Below, piece by piece: positions 22,632-33,204 of a DNA stretch of 64,000 bases; position 1 is the first letter of the stretch, and each line of letters opens with the position of its first letter. Source of the DNA: Cladosporium halotolerans (lineage: Eukaryota); NCBI RefSeq assembly GCF_011745625.1, contig NW_027191455.1:930001-994000 (forward strand). Direction: 5' to 3'. The notes under the pieces were generated by a model, which had not been told where the DNA came from, searched no databases, and worked only from the letters and a program-made list of their open reading frames with translations. A program made the translations under genes and the position numbers.

Positions 22632-23855
22632 ATGCCATCCATGCCATGCCTTGCCAACAGCCCTAACGTTCACTTCCATCCAACGTCCATGAGCCTCAAG
22701 TCAGACCTCAACCGAGCCCGGCTCGATGCTACTGGAACGTGTGTGTCCGCTGACCGAAGAGCCCGGTCTGACTGACCCGAGTCCAGGTCCCTGGGACTCC
22801 TCGTCACAGAAACATGAAGAACTCGTGTAGGTTCGCTGCCGGACATGCCAGTATCATTTCCGACGGCTAAGTTCGATCAGCCACAAACTGTGTGACTTGA
22901 CCCTCCACGGCCGCTTGTACCTGGCTCCCGTATCAGAGCCCACAGCTGTCATCCACATCGGTAGGACTTCCCGCCATGCCATCGTAAGCATCCTTCGACT
23001 CACTCTCCTCAGGCCCAGGGACAGCAGTATGGACTCGGTTCGTCCGTCCCCAGCAACCCCAACAACAACCACAAAAACCTCACTGACAACCACCCCAGCG
23101 CCCTCGCCAAATCCCACCCCCAATCCCTCATCCTCTCCCCGTCCACCCTCTCCCTCCCTCCCAACCCCCTCACCCCAAAACCAACCCTAATCCACATCCG
23201 CTCCCTCGCCCCCGCCCTCGCCGCCCCCTCCCTGCGCGCCCTCTACGCCTCCGCCCTCGCGCACCTCGCCCCCGGCGGCTTCCTGGAACAGCTCGAGTGC
23301 AGCGTGCACCTCCGCAACGCGGACGGGACGCTGAGCGCCGAGCCCGCGCTGGCGCTGTGGTCGCGGCGCGCGATTGCGTTCGGGGGCTTGACGGGGCGGA
23401 CGTGGGAGGTGGCGGAGAACATGGCGGGGTTGGTGCGCGAGGCGGGGTTCGAGGGCGTGGCTGAGAGGAGGTTTCGGTGGGGTGTTGGCGGGGAGGGGGA
23501 GGTGGGGAGGGGGAATTTACTTAGGTGGTAGGTTCTTTGTTTTTTTCTGCTTCTCTGGTGGGGGGTTCGGTGGCTGACGGATTGTAGGGAGGAGGGCGTG
23601 GAGGATTGGGTTTTGGATGAGTATGAGAAGTGCTTTCCTGTGAGTTTCGTCGGTGGAGGGAGAGATTTGGGGGACGTCGCTGACGAATCTGTAGGAATCG
23701 CGGAAACAGCTGCTTTCGTGGCTGGCCGACGTTCGAGCCGCGTTGCGCTCGAGAGATTGCCAGGTGTATCAGGAAGTGTACGTGGGCGATCCATCCTTCA
23801 GGGGCCCGTGCTAACGCTGGAATGCAGACGCGTGGTTTATGCTCGCAAACCGTAG
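22632..23855 (+). CDS. Divergent LaeA/Llm-like (Methyltransf_23-type) SAM-dependent methyltransferase-fold protein, 8 exons; start at 22632 or 22689
   Basis: Introns ~22741-22786, 22827-22880, 22961-23012, 23038-23098, ~23529-23587, ~23640-23694 and ~23779-23827 give one open frame: ..QKHEELVHKLCDLTLHGRLYLAP..VIHIGPGTAVW..LIHIRSL..AHLAPGGFLEQLE..LVREAGFEGV..VVYARKP*. Confidence 0.82.
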
Positions 23856-24149
23856 AAACTTGCATACGATATCTGTGAAGTCGAAATCTTTGAGAATCCC
23901 ATTATGCGTTAAACAATCGAAACCATCACTGTGAGACGTATTAGCGTGAGAATTGCTACGCAAAATCGAAAATAATACATGCCTTCTAGGACATCCATGC
24001 AGAGTACGACATTCTAACCAAGGGTATATGCTAGTGCTCGCAGTGCCAAATAATCTTCCAAAACCCCAATCACACCGAACCCAACGCAATCAATGCAATC
24101 AAACACAAGAACACCCCACCCGCAGCACAAACTCCACCACGCAAGCACT

Positions 24150-25937
24150 CTACGCCTCACAAGCACACCTCTTCCTGTGGTCCCCATGATACCTCGCCAA
24201 ATGGTCCTGGCCGTCCAACCGCTCGCCCTCCTCCGGCACGGCGCCCAGCATCGCCACGTCCATCTTCTCCCGCAGCTCCGCCGTCACCCTCTCCACCTCG
24301 GCCTCCACGCCCAGGTACCGCCGCAGGAACTCGCCGACCTCCGTGTTCTCGCGGTTGCCCGCGAGGTCCTCCGCCCACGCGCCGTTCGACGCGAAGATGT
24401 TGACGTCCGCGCCCGAGTGCCCGTGCGTCGACCACCCGAGCTGCGCGCGCCGCGACACCATGTCCGCGAAGATGTAGGCCGCGATGTCCGGGTCGGACAG
24501 CAGGCGGGCCAGCTCCTCGTCGCTCGTGTCGTGGATGCCGAGGCCCTTGGAGGCGAGGGACGCGAGGTAGGTTTTCGTGTCCTTTTTGGCTTGGGCGTCG
24601 AGGGCGCTGGGCTCGGGCGAGCCGAGCGTGTCGAGGTGCGAGTGGTACTCGCGCGCGGCCCAGGAGGCCGAGTGCGAGGCGTTGGAGAGCACGCCCGGGT
24701 ACCAGAGGTATTGCGGGTAGGAGGCGTGGAGCTGGCGGGCGGTGGCGAGGCCGCCGGTTTCGTGGTCCGAGGTGCTGACCATGAGGGTGGGGACTTCGGA
24801 GTCCTCGATGAAGTCGAGGACGGCGGCGATGGTCTGGTCGTAGGCGAGGACTTCGTGGACTTGCGCGGCGGGGTCGTTGGCGTGGCCGGCGTGGTCGATG
24901 CGGGAGCCTTCGATCATGATGAAGAAGCCTTGCTCGCTGTCTGCGGTGGCGGCGCTGAGGGCGTCGAGGGCGGTTTTGGCCATCTCCTTGAGCGCAGGGT
25001 AGGTCTTCTCCTGGTAGCGGCGGTCGATCTCGTAGGGGAAGTCGCCTTCGGCAAAGAGGCCGAGCATGGGGAGCTCGACGCTGGTTCCAAGGTTGTCGAA
25101 TTGCTTGCGAGAGTCGATGTAGTTCCAGCCACTCTTCTCAGCGAGCTCAACAACATCCGTGTCGTCCTTTCGGCAGCTGTGGTCAGTACTGTTGGGCAAG
25201 AAATGGCACCGACCACCGCCAAACATCAGATCAACAACCCTCCCAAGCGGATGCGTCTTGCCCGTCATCTGCAGCGCAATATCATCCTCCATCTCTCTCC
25301 TCCTGACATGGCTCGCGAACACAGCAGGCGTCGCATCCGTAATCCTCGTAGTCACAACCAACCCAGTCGTGTACCCCATCCTCTTCGCAGCCTCCATAAC
25401 ACTGCCGCAGGGCTCAAACCCCGGCAGCACAGAAATAGCCCCATTGTAACTCTTCTCTCCACAGCTGAACGCCGTCGCGCCCGCCGCACTGTCCGTCACC
25501 AGCGAGCTCGTGCTGCGCGTCCGGCTCTGCCCGATCAGGTGCTGGTCGATGATCAGCGTGTCGTCCCACGGCAGCTGCTCGGTGTGCTGCCTCCAGCCGC
25601 GCGTCAGCGCCAGCGACGTCGGCCCCATGCCGTCGCTGACCATGAAGATGAGGTTGCGCTTGCCCTCGGGGATGTTCGCTCCCTTGCCATGCTTGGGCCC
25701 GGTCTCGGCGCGCGAGTGCTGGTAGACGACGGCGAGGACGACGACGACGGCCGTTGCGAGCAGCGCCCAGACGAAGAGGCCGATTTCGCGCCAGTTCCTG
25801 TGGGCGTAGGTGGTTGTCTCTTGTTTGCCGGTGCTTTCGCCTGTGAGCAGGGCGTCTTCTTCGGCGATCCGGTCTTCGTTCGATTGCTGCGAGGCCGGCC
25901 GGTTGCTGGCCAGGAGGGGTTCTTGCCCGCGAGGCAT
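24150..25937 (-). CDS. PHO8: Vacuolar repressible alkaline phosphatase
   Basis: Single-exon 595 aa. N-terminal TM anchor, NLIFMVSDGMG, active-site VTDSAAGATAF, ITDATPA, EGSRIDHAGHAND, TSDHETGG, THGHSGADV. Confidence 0.97.
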   Translation of the reverse strand: MPRGQEPLLASNRPASQQSNEDRIAEEDALLTGESTGKQETTTYAHRNWREIGLFVWALLATAVVVVLAVVYQHSRAETGPKHGKGANIPEGKRNLIFMVSDGMGPTSLALTRGWRQHTEQLPWDDTLIIDQHLIGQSRTRSTSSLVTDSAAGATAFSCGEKSYNGAISVLPGFEPCGSVMEAAKRMGYTTGLVVTTRITDATPAVFASHVRRREMEDDIALQMTGKTHPLGRVVDLMFGGGRCHFLPNSTDHSCRKDDTDVVELAEKSGWNYIDSRKQFDNLGTSVELPMLGLFAEGDFPYEIDRRYQEKTYPALKEMAKTALDALSAATADSEQGFFIMIEGSRIDHAGHANDPAAQVHEVLAYDQTIAAVLDFIEDSEVPTLMVSTSDHETGGLATARQLHASYPQYLWYPGVLSNASHSASWAAREYHSHLDTLGSPEPSALDAQAKKDTKTYLASLASKGLGIHDTSDEELARLLSDPDIAAYIFADMVSRRAQLGWSTHGHSGADVNIFASNGAWAEDLAGNRENTEVGEFLRRYLGVEAEVERVTAELREKMDVAMLGAVPEEGERLDGQDHLARYHGDHRKRCACEA

Positions 25938-26151
25938 GCTGGGCTGGTGGTTGTGTCCCTATGTGTTGGAGAATGACAGTGGTGGGGGCTGGAAGTGTGT
26001 ATACTAGGAGATCTAGTAATCTAGGCGGTGTAGTAGGGTAAAGAGGGCCACGGTCGGCCTGTGTCAGGTCGTCACAGGATCACCCACATCGACACCGCGC
26101 GCACCTGATCGCCTGGTTGGAGGTCCGTCGTCTGGAGCGCGTTGGCTGATG

Positions 26152-26157
26152 CACGTG
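26152..26157. promoter_or_regulatory. CACGTG E-box, candidate Pho4/NUC-1/PalcA site upstream of PHO8
   Basis: GCACGTGC about 215 bp upstream of the PHO8 ATG, matching the known PHO-regulon motif. A 6-mer can arise by chance. Confidence 0.45.
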
Positions 26158-27027
26158 CAACGTCACCCCCGGAATGCATCCCAGACCTCTTTGGGCACAG
26201 CCCAACTTTAGATAAGGCTTCCTTCGTCGGCATCCTATCAGCGGTCATGCTTAAATATGTTTTGTTGAGATGCACTCATAAGTGCTTTGTTTTCTCAAAC
26301 ATCTTCGTTAGAGGCCGAAGCGTGATGCAGTCCATATTCTTGAGAGGAATCACTCGTGAGCACATTGTTGGAACCCAGCTTGATTGATCGGTGTGAGCGA
26401 CTAAAGTTGTCAGTGGACAAAAGGTGGGATGACAGTAACTTGATTGGAAAACGTATTTCCAACACTATATACAACGTCCGTACCGAACTTCTCAAACCGA
26501 AAAGAACTCCATCCAAACCCGTTCTCGGTAACAAACAAGGAAATCGTCCTATCGACGGTCAATCTATCTATGAACAAGCAAGAAAGGCTGACTAGGTAGC
26601 AAGGTATGTCCCAACGGAGATAACTAAATAATAAGAAAATAAAAGTTGTAACACAAGGGTATCTGTGAGAGAAGAAGTCAATATAAAAGAGAAGATAAGC
26701 CAGTCTGACGGCGGTCGCTCGATCCTTCAGAGTAATAATAACAGTGCTCGCTCGCTTCGCTTTGCTATGCATGTAAGCATCCTCCTCCTCTTCCTCCTCC
26801 TCCTCTTTCAGCACGCAAAGAAAAACCGACTTGAAGATGTAATTGAACATTAAAAGAAATTCTTTTGTGCCCGAAGTGTGGTCGGGGCTTCCTTGATCTT
26901 CGCCTTGAGGCGAGATAGTGCCGTCTCGTATTTGTTGCAGAGAACGGCCGGCGTTTCCGCTGCGAGAGGTTGTTGCGTGGCCGTTGATGGCGATTGTAAT
27001 TGATAGTGTTTCGTGGGTGGAATTGTC

Positions 27028-28851
27028 TCACCAGTCGTCTTCGTCGTCCATACCAGCCCAGTTGGTCAGGCCGCTCCACAGCTCCCGCAGTGCTGTGCGT
27101 TTCTGCTCAGACCTAGCTGCCTTTTTATTAAACGGCAGGGGCGCCAATTTCGTAGCTTCGCCTTCCACTTCATCCTCGTCTTCGACTTCCTCATCTTCGT
27201 CGTCGTCTTCGTCATCAACCTCGCTATCATCATCCGCGTGAGAAGAGGGTGAAGTTGTGATAGCGCAGTCGTCAATGCTAGGGTTGAACGGCCCTTCAAG
27301 GCCCAGTGCTTCGCTCAAAGACACAGGCGTGAGGGTCGGCGAAGGCGGCGGAGATGTCTGGGTCGCTTGTGAAGTGTAGCTAGAAGTGGGTCGGTCGGGA
27401 ACTCTTGTACCTTCAGGCTTAGGAGTCGGATCGCGATCCGAGGTCGGCAGCTTCGTTGGCGTTGCTTGCTCGAGCTGTAGGCGACGCTCCTCATCTTCTG
27501 CTTCCCTGCTGACGCGCCTGATCGTAAGACTGTTGACACGCTTGCTGCCTTGTTTCTTCACCTCGACTCGCCAGTCTTGCGGATCATCCTCCTCTTGCTC
27601 GGGTTGCTCCACACCGTTCGGTGTTGCTTTGTCGTCCTGCGACGTGACGCCGTACCGAGCTCTACGTTTCTTAAACCTAGCCTCGACGTCACGCCAGTCG
27701 TCGCGCCAGTTCTCCATCTGTCTCTGCAGTCGTTCAAGTTTCGGGTCATATGAGACATTTTCACACTCAACCTCCAAGCTCTTCAGCTGCAGCTCCAAGA
27801 ACAGCAACTCAGAGTGGTCAAAGCCGAGGTCAGATTTCAAAGATTCGTTTTCGCTCCTCAAACGCTCCACCTCCATCTCTTTCTCTTCCATGTCCAGCGC
27901 GTACTCCTCGTTCAGATTCACGATCTCTCGGTGTCGCTGCCTCAGCTGCTCTTGAGCCTCGGTGAGTGATTGCAGCGCCGCCTGCGCTTCGTGGAGAAGG
28001 TTCTCTTGACGCTCTTGCTCCCACTCGGCGTCATCATCGACTTCTCCATCCGCCTCCTCCTCTTCTTCCTCCTCCTCCTCAGGCACCTCTTGGATACCCA
28101 ATGGGTTCGAATGCTGGCGTTTCGAGGAAGGACGAGACGAGAGGACATATTCTCTCTCCTCCTGCGTAAAGATATCCTCTTCCATTTCAATCGGGTAACG
28201 CGTCTGAGAGTGCAGCCCTTCTACCTCGCCCTCGATCTCGCTCATGCGTCGCCCGACGATGTTCAAGACCTCCACTGTGTTTTCGCCGCGCATGAGCTGC
28301 GACTGCAATTTGTTCAAGCGCACAAGTAAGCGCTGAGTCTCCGAAGTGGGCGTGAATTGCGATTCTAGAGACCGCGCATCGTCCGTGAAGTAGTCGCTGA
28401 ACGGAGAGTCCTGCAGCAGAGAGCTACCCCGGCGATGCGCCTTCGCCCTGGAAGGCGTGACGGGCCCGTTCGACGACGTACTGGCGGCCATTCTGGAGGA
28501 AGTGTCGGCCCGCAGCGAAGGGAATCGGCCCAGTGGACTTGCCGACGCGGTCGTCGAGGTCGAGACGCCGAAAAGGCTCTTACCGCCGTAGCTGGCCGCA
28601 CGTCGGTGCCGGGCGCGCTTCTCGGTGCTGAGGACCGGCGCGCGCGGCGTGTAGTTCGACTTGTGCCGGGTGTGGGCGGGTCGAGTGCGCTCGCGCTGGG
28701 TAAAGCGGCTCGAGGGACCGAACGGGAAGTGCCAGGGAGTTGCGCCCGAGGGAGACGGAGACGCTGGAGAGGCCGGCGATACAGCGTGCGCGTCGGCGAG
28801 GTGGGCGAAGAGGGAGGGCGAGGAGCATGGCGAGGGCGAGGAGGAGGCCAT
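27028..28851 (-). CDS. Hypothetical coiled-coil protein with S/P-rich N-terminus and acidic tracts
   Basis: 607-aa uninterrupted ORF with heptad-rich segments (QRLLVRLNKLQSQL; LKSDLGFDHSELLFLELQLKSLEVE) and an amphipathic C-terminus ALRELWSGLTNWAGM. Confidence 0.85.
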   Translation of the reverse strand: MASSSPSPCSSPSLFAHLADAHAVSPASPASPSPSGATPWHFPFGPSSRFTQRERTRPAHTRHKSNYTPRAPVLSTEKRARHRRAASYGGKSLFGVSTSTTASASPLGRFPSLRADTSSRMAASTSSNGPVTPSRAKAHRRGSSLLQDSPFSDYFTDDARSLESQFTPTSETQRLLVRLNKLQSQLMRGENTVEVLNIVGRRMSEIEGEVEGLHSQTRYPIEMEEDIFTQEEREYVLSSRPSSKRQHSNPLGIQEVPEEEEEEEEEADGEVDDDAEWEQERQENLLHEAQAALQSLTEAQEQLRQRHREIVNLNEEYALDMEEKEMEVERLRSENESLKSDLGFDHSELLFLELQLKSLEVECENVSYDPKLERLQRQMENWRDDWRDVEARFKKRRARYGVTSQDDKATPNGVEQPEQEEDDPQDWRVEVKKQGSKRVNSLTIRRVSREAEDEERRLQLEQATPTKLPTSDRDPTPKPEGTRVPDRPTSSYTSQATQTSPPPSPTLTPVSLSEALGLEGPFNPSIDDCAITTSPSSHADDDSEVDDEDDDEDEEVEDEDEVEGEATKLAPLPFNKKAARSEQKRTALRELWSGLTNWAGMDDEDDW

Positions 28852-29160
28852 GATGGCGGGCGGGTACAGATAGCTCAGCCCACCTCACCTGGCGCAGGTG
28901 TGGTGTGGCAGGCGCGGGAGGGTGGAACAGAGTTATGGGATGACGACGGAGAGCCGCTGGGCGACGCGGGAGGTCGCAGAAACCTGCACCCTGAGCTGGC
29001 CGGCGGATACCTCAGGTAGCGCGCGCGGAGGGGCTGCTGGGCTGCTGCGAGTGGCTGGGAGAGCTTTTCGCCGTGACTTGTGCGGCTTGTGGCAGCGGGC
29101 CGAGGCGCGCGCCTTAGCCTTCGGCAGGGCCTGAGGCTAACCGGAGCTGCGCTAGGGCTG

Positions 29161-29168
29161 ATGACTGA
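29161..29168. promoter_or_regulatory. Near-consensus Gcn4/CpcA site (ATGACTGA) upstream of TRP2
   Basis: One mismatch from ATGACTCA, ~170 bp before the ATG of an amino-acid biosynthesis gene. Confidence 0.35.
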
Positions 29169-29331
29169 CGCATCGGAATTTCTGAGGCCATTGGCGGGCA
29201 CAGCTTACGGCATACGGGAGCAATACCTCACATACACCAGACACGTCTGCGGTATACACATGCTGCAATCGGTGAGCGGATTCGTCTTCCTCACCTCCCC
29301 CCGACCCGTGCCCTAACGCCTGTCAAAGAAA

Positions 29332-31081
29332 ATGGCACCCCAAGTAAGCCGCCGACGAGCAGAGGGCGATGCGACTCATACGTCTCTGCCCACGTGAGAT
29401 AGACTATCGGCTGATCGTCGTCCGTCAGACAAACATTCAGCCTTCTTTCGAAGATGTCTCCAAGATTGTAGACTCAACCAGGAGTCTGCCCAACCCTCCC
29501 AACCTCGTTCCGCTTTGCGCGTCTATCTCGTCCGAGTTCCTCACTCCGTCGTCCATCTACCTCAAGGTTTCCAACAACTCCAAGTCCGACTACTCTTTCC
29601 TTCTGGAGTCCGCCGCGACCACTGGTACGATCGGAAGATACAGCTTCGTCGGCACCGACCCGCGCAAGATCCTCGCGTCCGGTCCTGATCATGGCCTTGA
29701 AGCCGACCCCCTCCCTCGGCTTGAGAAAGAGCTGTCACAGTCTCGCGTCGCCGAAATCCCCTCCCTGAGATTGCCCGCTATGACCGGTGGTGCTATCGGA
29801 TATGTTGGATACGATTGCGTTCGATACTTCGAACCCAAAACCAGGAGGGAGGACATGAAGGATGTGCTCAAGGTTCCCGAGAGCTGGTTCGGCCTCTTTG
29901 ACACCATCATCGCCCTCGACCACTTCTTCCAAAAGGTCATGGTCATCACATACCTCCACGTTCCTCCGTCCGATGCTCCTGCCAATGCTCTCAGCGATAT
30001 GTACGAGGCTGGCCGCTCAAACATTGCTCGCATGCTCAAGATCCTCAAATCCAAGGATCTCCCGCTCCCTCCTCAACCCCCAGTCAAGCTCGACCAAGAA
30101 TACACCTCCAACATCGGCCGCGCCGGCTACGAGTCCCACGTCACCGAGCTGAAGAAGCACATCGTCACCGGCGACATCATCCAGACCGTCCCCAGCCAGC
30201 GCATCGCCCGCCCCACAACCCTGCACCCCTTCAACATCTACCGCCACCTTCGCACCGTCAACCCCTCCCCCTACCTCTTCTACATCAACTGTACCTCCTT
30301 TCAAATCGTCGGTGCCAGCCCCGAGCTCCTCGTCCGCAAAGACCCCACCACACACCGCATCATCAACCACCCGATTGCCGGCACCATCAAGCGCGGCGCC
30401 ACGCCCGCCGAAGACCAAGCTCTCGCCGACACACTGCGCGCCTCGCTCAAGGACCGCGCCGAGCACGTCATGCTCGTCGACCTCGCGCGCAACGACGTCA
30501 ACCGCGTCTGCTCGCCCCTCAGCACCCGCGTCGACAAGCTCATGATGGTCCAGAAGTTCTCGCACGTCCAGCACCTCGTCTCCGAAGTCTCCGGCCTGCT
30601 GCGTGAGGGCAAGTCCCGCTTCGACGCCTTCCGCGCCATCTTCCCCGCCGGCACCGTCTCCGGCGCCCCCAAGGTGCGCGCCATGGAGCTCATCGCGGCG
30701 CTCGAGCGCGAGAAGCGCGGCGTGTACGCGGGCGCGGTGGGCTACTTCGGCTACCCATCCGTCAACGCCGTCGAGGGCACGCCGGAGTTCGGGCAGGAGG
30801 ACGAGGGCGCGATGGACACGTGCATTGCGCTGCGGACCATGGTCGTTAAGGACGGCGTGGCGTATCTGCAGGCTGGCGGTGGCATTGTGTTTGATAGCGA
30901 TGAGGGGGAGGAGTACGAGGAGACGATCAACAAGGCGGCGGCGAACATGAGGTGTATCGAGCAGGCGGAGAGGTTGCATTGGGAGGAGCAGCAGGAGGAG
31001 AACGGGGAGGTGAATGTTGGGAGTGTTGCTGGCGAGGGACTGGGAGAGGGGAGTGCGAAAGTGGAGGTTGGTGGTGCGTAA
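29332..31081 (+). CDS. TRP2: Anthranilate synthase component I
   Basis: MAPQ|intron 29344-29428|TNIQPSF. Motifs SFLLES, GRYSFVG, GGAIGYVGYD, NPSPYLFY, GASPE, AEHVMLVDLARND, FPAGTVSGAPKVRAM, LQAGGGIVFDS. Confidence 0.98.
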
Positions 31082-31763
31082 GGGATTTTTAGTGGGTGAT
31101 ATTTGAGCCATTTCGATGAGCTTCTTTGCGAGCTGTTCGATATTTAGGCGGTTTGCTCTGTGACGCATAGCGGTTTAGGTTGCATGGCGAATGAGTATAC
31201 GGTCACCACAAATAAATATCGAACTTGTCAGCGCATACAGATGGTATCAAAGAAAAATGGTCTTCGAATCGGCCTGAGAACTCAAGGAATAGTTTTGTCG
31301 ATTGATGAATAGGCATGGAGACTCAGCCATCAGAGGTCATGTCGTACAGAAAATGGTGCCTGATCTTCAGCGTGACAAACATCAGGCACACCTGTGCTGG
31401 AGAATGTACATACGGTCACTCCGACGAAGGATGCGCTAAGCACTATTCAAGACGCCTGGCGTGACGACCAAGGATTCTGCAGAATGCTGCTAATCCTCGG
31501 CCCTGCCAAATATGCACTCAGAGATCAATGCGTGGCCCACAGCTTGACCGGCCATGCAGCCATGTTTGCATAGACGATAGCCATCGTTGATTCTCATTCG
31601 AGGGCCTTCTTCGGCGGCTTCTGATCATGTACACATGTGAATGAGACCTAGTGTGCTCATTTGTTCCATCATCCCTATGCAGCAACTGTCATCCGAACAG
31701 CCTACTATCGAGTGAGAAGATTCTCAAGACCTGTCGCCATTTGCTCACCTATCACGTCGAACC

Positions 31764-32759
31764 ATGGAAACATCAACAAAAAATACCGTTTCTCCACCCC
31801 ATAGTACTGCAAAAGCAACCGAGGACCCTCTTCGTCTACGAGAGGTCATTACAATCGAGAGCTACCACATCCTCCAAGACAAACTGCGGATCTACATCAT
31901 TGTTACCCTATCGCTCTTGTGGCTCTCAGCTCAGCTGCGAAGATACGTCGCACGGGATCTCAACGCTGGATGCTGGTACGGTTGGGATGCACTTGCACTA
32001 CCCGCCGTGGCCTTCCTTTGCCGGCAGAAACAACTCGCAATCGCCTGCATCTTCACCTCAGCCTACTTCGTCTGGACAAGACTACCAGGCAGCCCTTTCA
32101 ACGACCTGCATCTGCCCAGCTTCACCACCTTCCTCGAAACGAGTTCCTCGCAACACTCAGACGGCACCGCAAACCACGTCGCCGCCAACACCACCGATAT
32201 CCAAGAAGACACTCCCGCCTGCCTCGTTTGCTGGTCCACAGACCCCAAACCCCTCACCCTCCCTTGCACCCACCCCATATGCCGAGAATGCCTCTACACC
32301 ATGCACGCCGCCCACCAAACCCACTGCCCCCTCTGCCGCCTCCCCCTCTTCCACGCCAACAGCAGCCTGCGCTGTCTTGCCCACAAAGCCGCCGTCACCG
32401 CTCTCGCCGCCCGCCTCACCGCCACGGCTCTCTACCACCTCCTGCAGCTCTGGCACGGGCAGTACCGCGCCGTCGCCAAAGCCGCCGTGACTTACTTCCC
32501 GCAGCTCTACTGCTTCCGGACGCTGCACATCGTCATCTTAACGCAGGGCGTCGAGTGGTGGCGGTTCGGGCTGTTCGATTACCTGCTGCCGCTGCCCGTG
32601 CCGGAGGGGAGGGTTTGGAAGTCCGTGTGGCCGGCGGTGGGGTTTGCGGTGTTGTTTTCGATGGGGGTTGTGGGGACTCTGGGCAAGATTGGGAGGTTGG
32701 ATTTGGTTGTGTGGAGGGTGGTGCGTCCGGGGGGTTTTGAGGGGTTTTTTGCTGGATGA
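31764..32759 (+). CDS. C3HC4 RING-finger protein with flanking hydrophobic segments (putative membrane E3 ligase)
   Basis: CLVC-x11-CTHPICREC-x11-CPLC; hydrophobic stretches before and after the RING. Confidence 0.85.
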   Translation: METSTKNTVSPPHSTAKATEDPLRLREVITIESYHILQDKLRIYIIVTLSLLWLSAQLRRYVARDLNAGCWYGWDALALPAVAFLCRQKQLAIACIFTSAYFVWTRLPGSPFNDLHLPSFTTFLETSSSQHSDGTANHVAANTTDIQEDTPACLVCWSTDPKPLTLPCTHPICRECLYTMHAAHQTHCPLCRLPLFHANSSLRCLAHKAAVTALAARLTATALYHLLQLWHGQYRAVAKAAVTYFPQLYCFRTLHIVILTQGVEWWRFGLFDYLLPLPVPEGRVWKSVWPAVGFAVLFSMGVVGTLGKIGRLDLVVWRVVRPGGFEGFFAG

Positions 32760-33204
32760 TTGTGTGTGGGCTTTTGGGGATAGGTGCAGGTGTGGAAGGT
32801 TCTATAGATCTTGCGTGCTGAGAAGTGCTTGGATGAATGTCTCTGTAGCCAGAAGAGTGCGATGCAATATTCAGTGAAGGGAGGGCTGAGATCTGAAGGA
32901 AATGGACCTGCTCGATGGAGGTGGCAAGATCTTTTGATCGGGTTTTTGGGTTCCATTGATGGTTCCTTATGATTAAGCTACATTTTTCCATGCAGGAGGG
33001 TCGCTTCCCTCGCGCTTTCCATCGCCGTCGGAGTCAAAAGAAGAAGAAAGGAAAGGTATGTTGAAGCCACCCGTGTTCTGAGCTCCCGCGAGCTCAAGAG
33101 TGATGCTTCCAAATTTGAGCACAACGCTCTACAACAGGCCGGGATTCCCAGTTCTTGGAGGGTGTCGACAGAGCCTCCTTGACGCTGACAGTCCGATGGA
33201 ACGC

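Noticed and set aside
24093..25976. 627-aa ORF on + strand
   Set aside because: Antisense shadow of PHO8 caused by high GC3; no recognisable motifs.
26200..26900. AT-richer stretch considered as RIP-mutated transposon relic or NUMT
   Set aside because: CpA/TpG dinucleotides persist and no transposase or mitochondrial motifs were recognised; fits 3' UTR or promoter sequence.
30017..31168. 383-aa minus-strand ORF
   Set aside because: Antisense shadow of TRP2.
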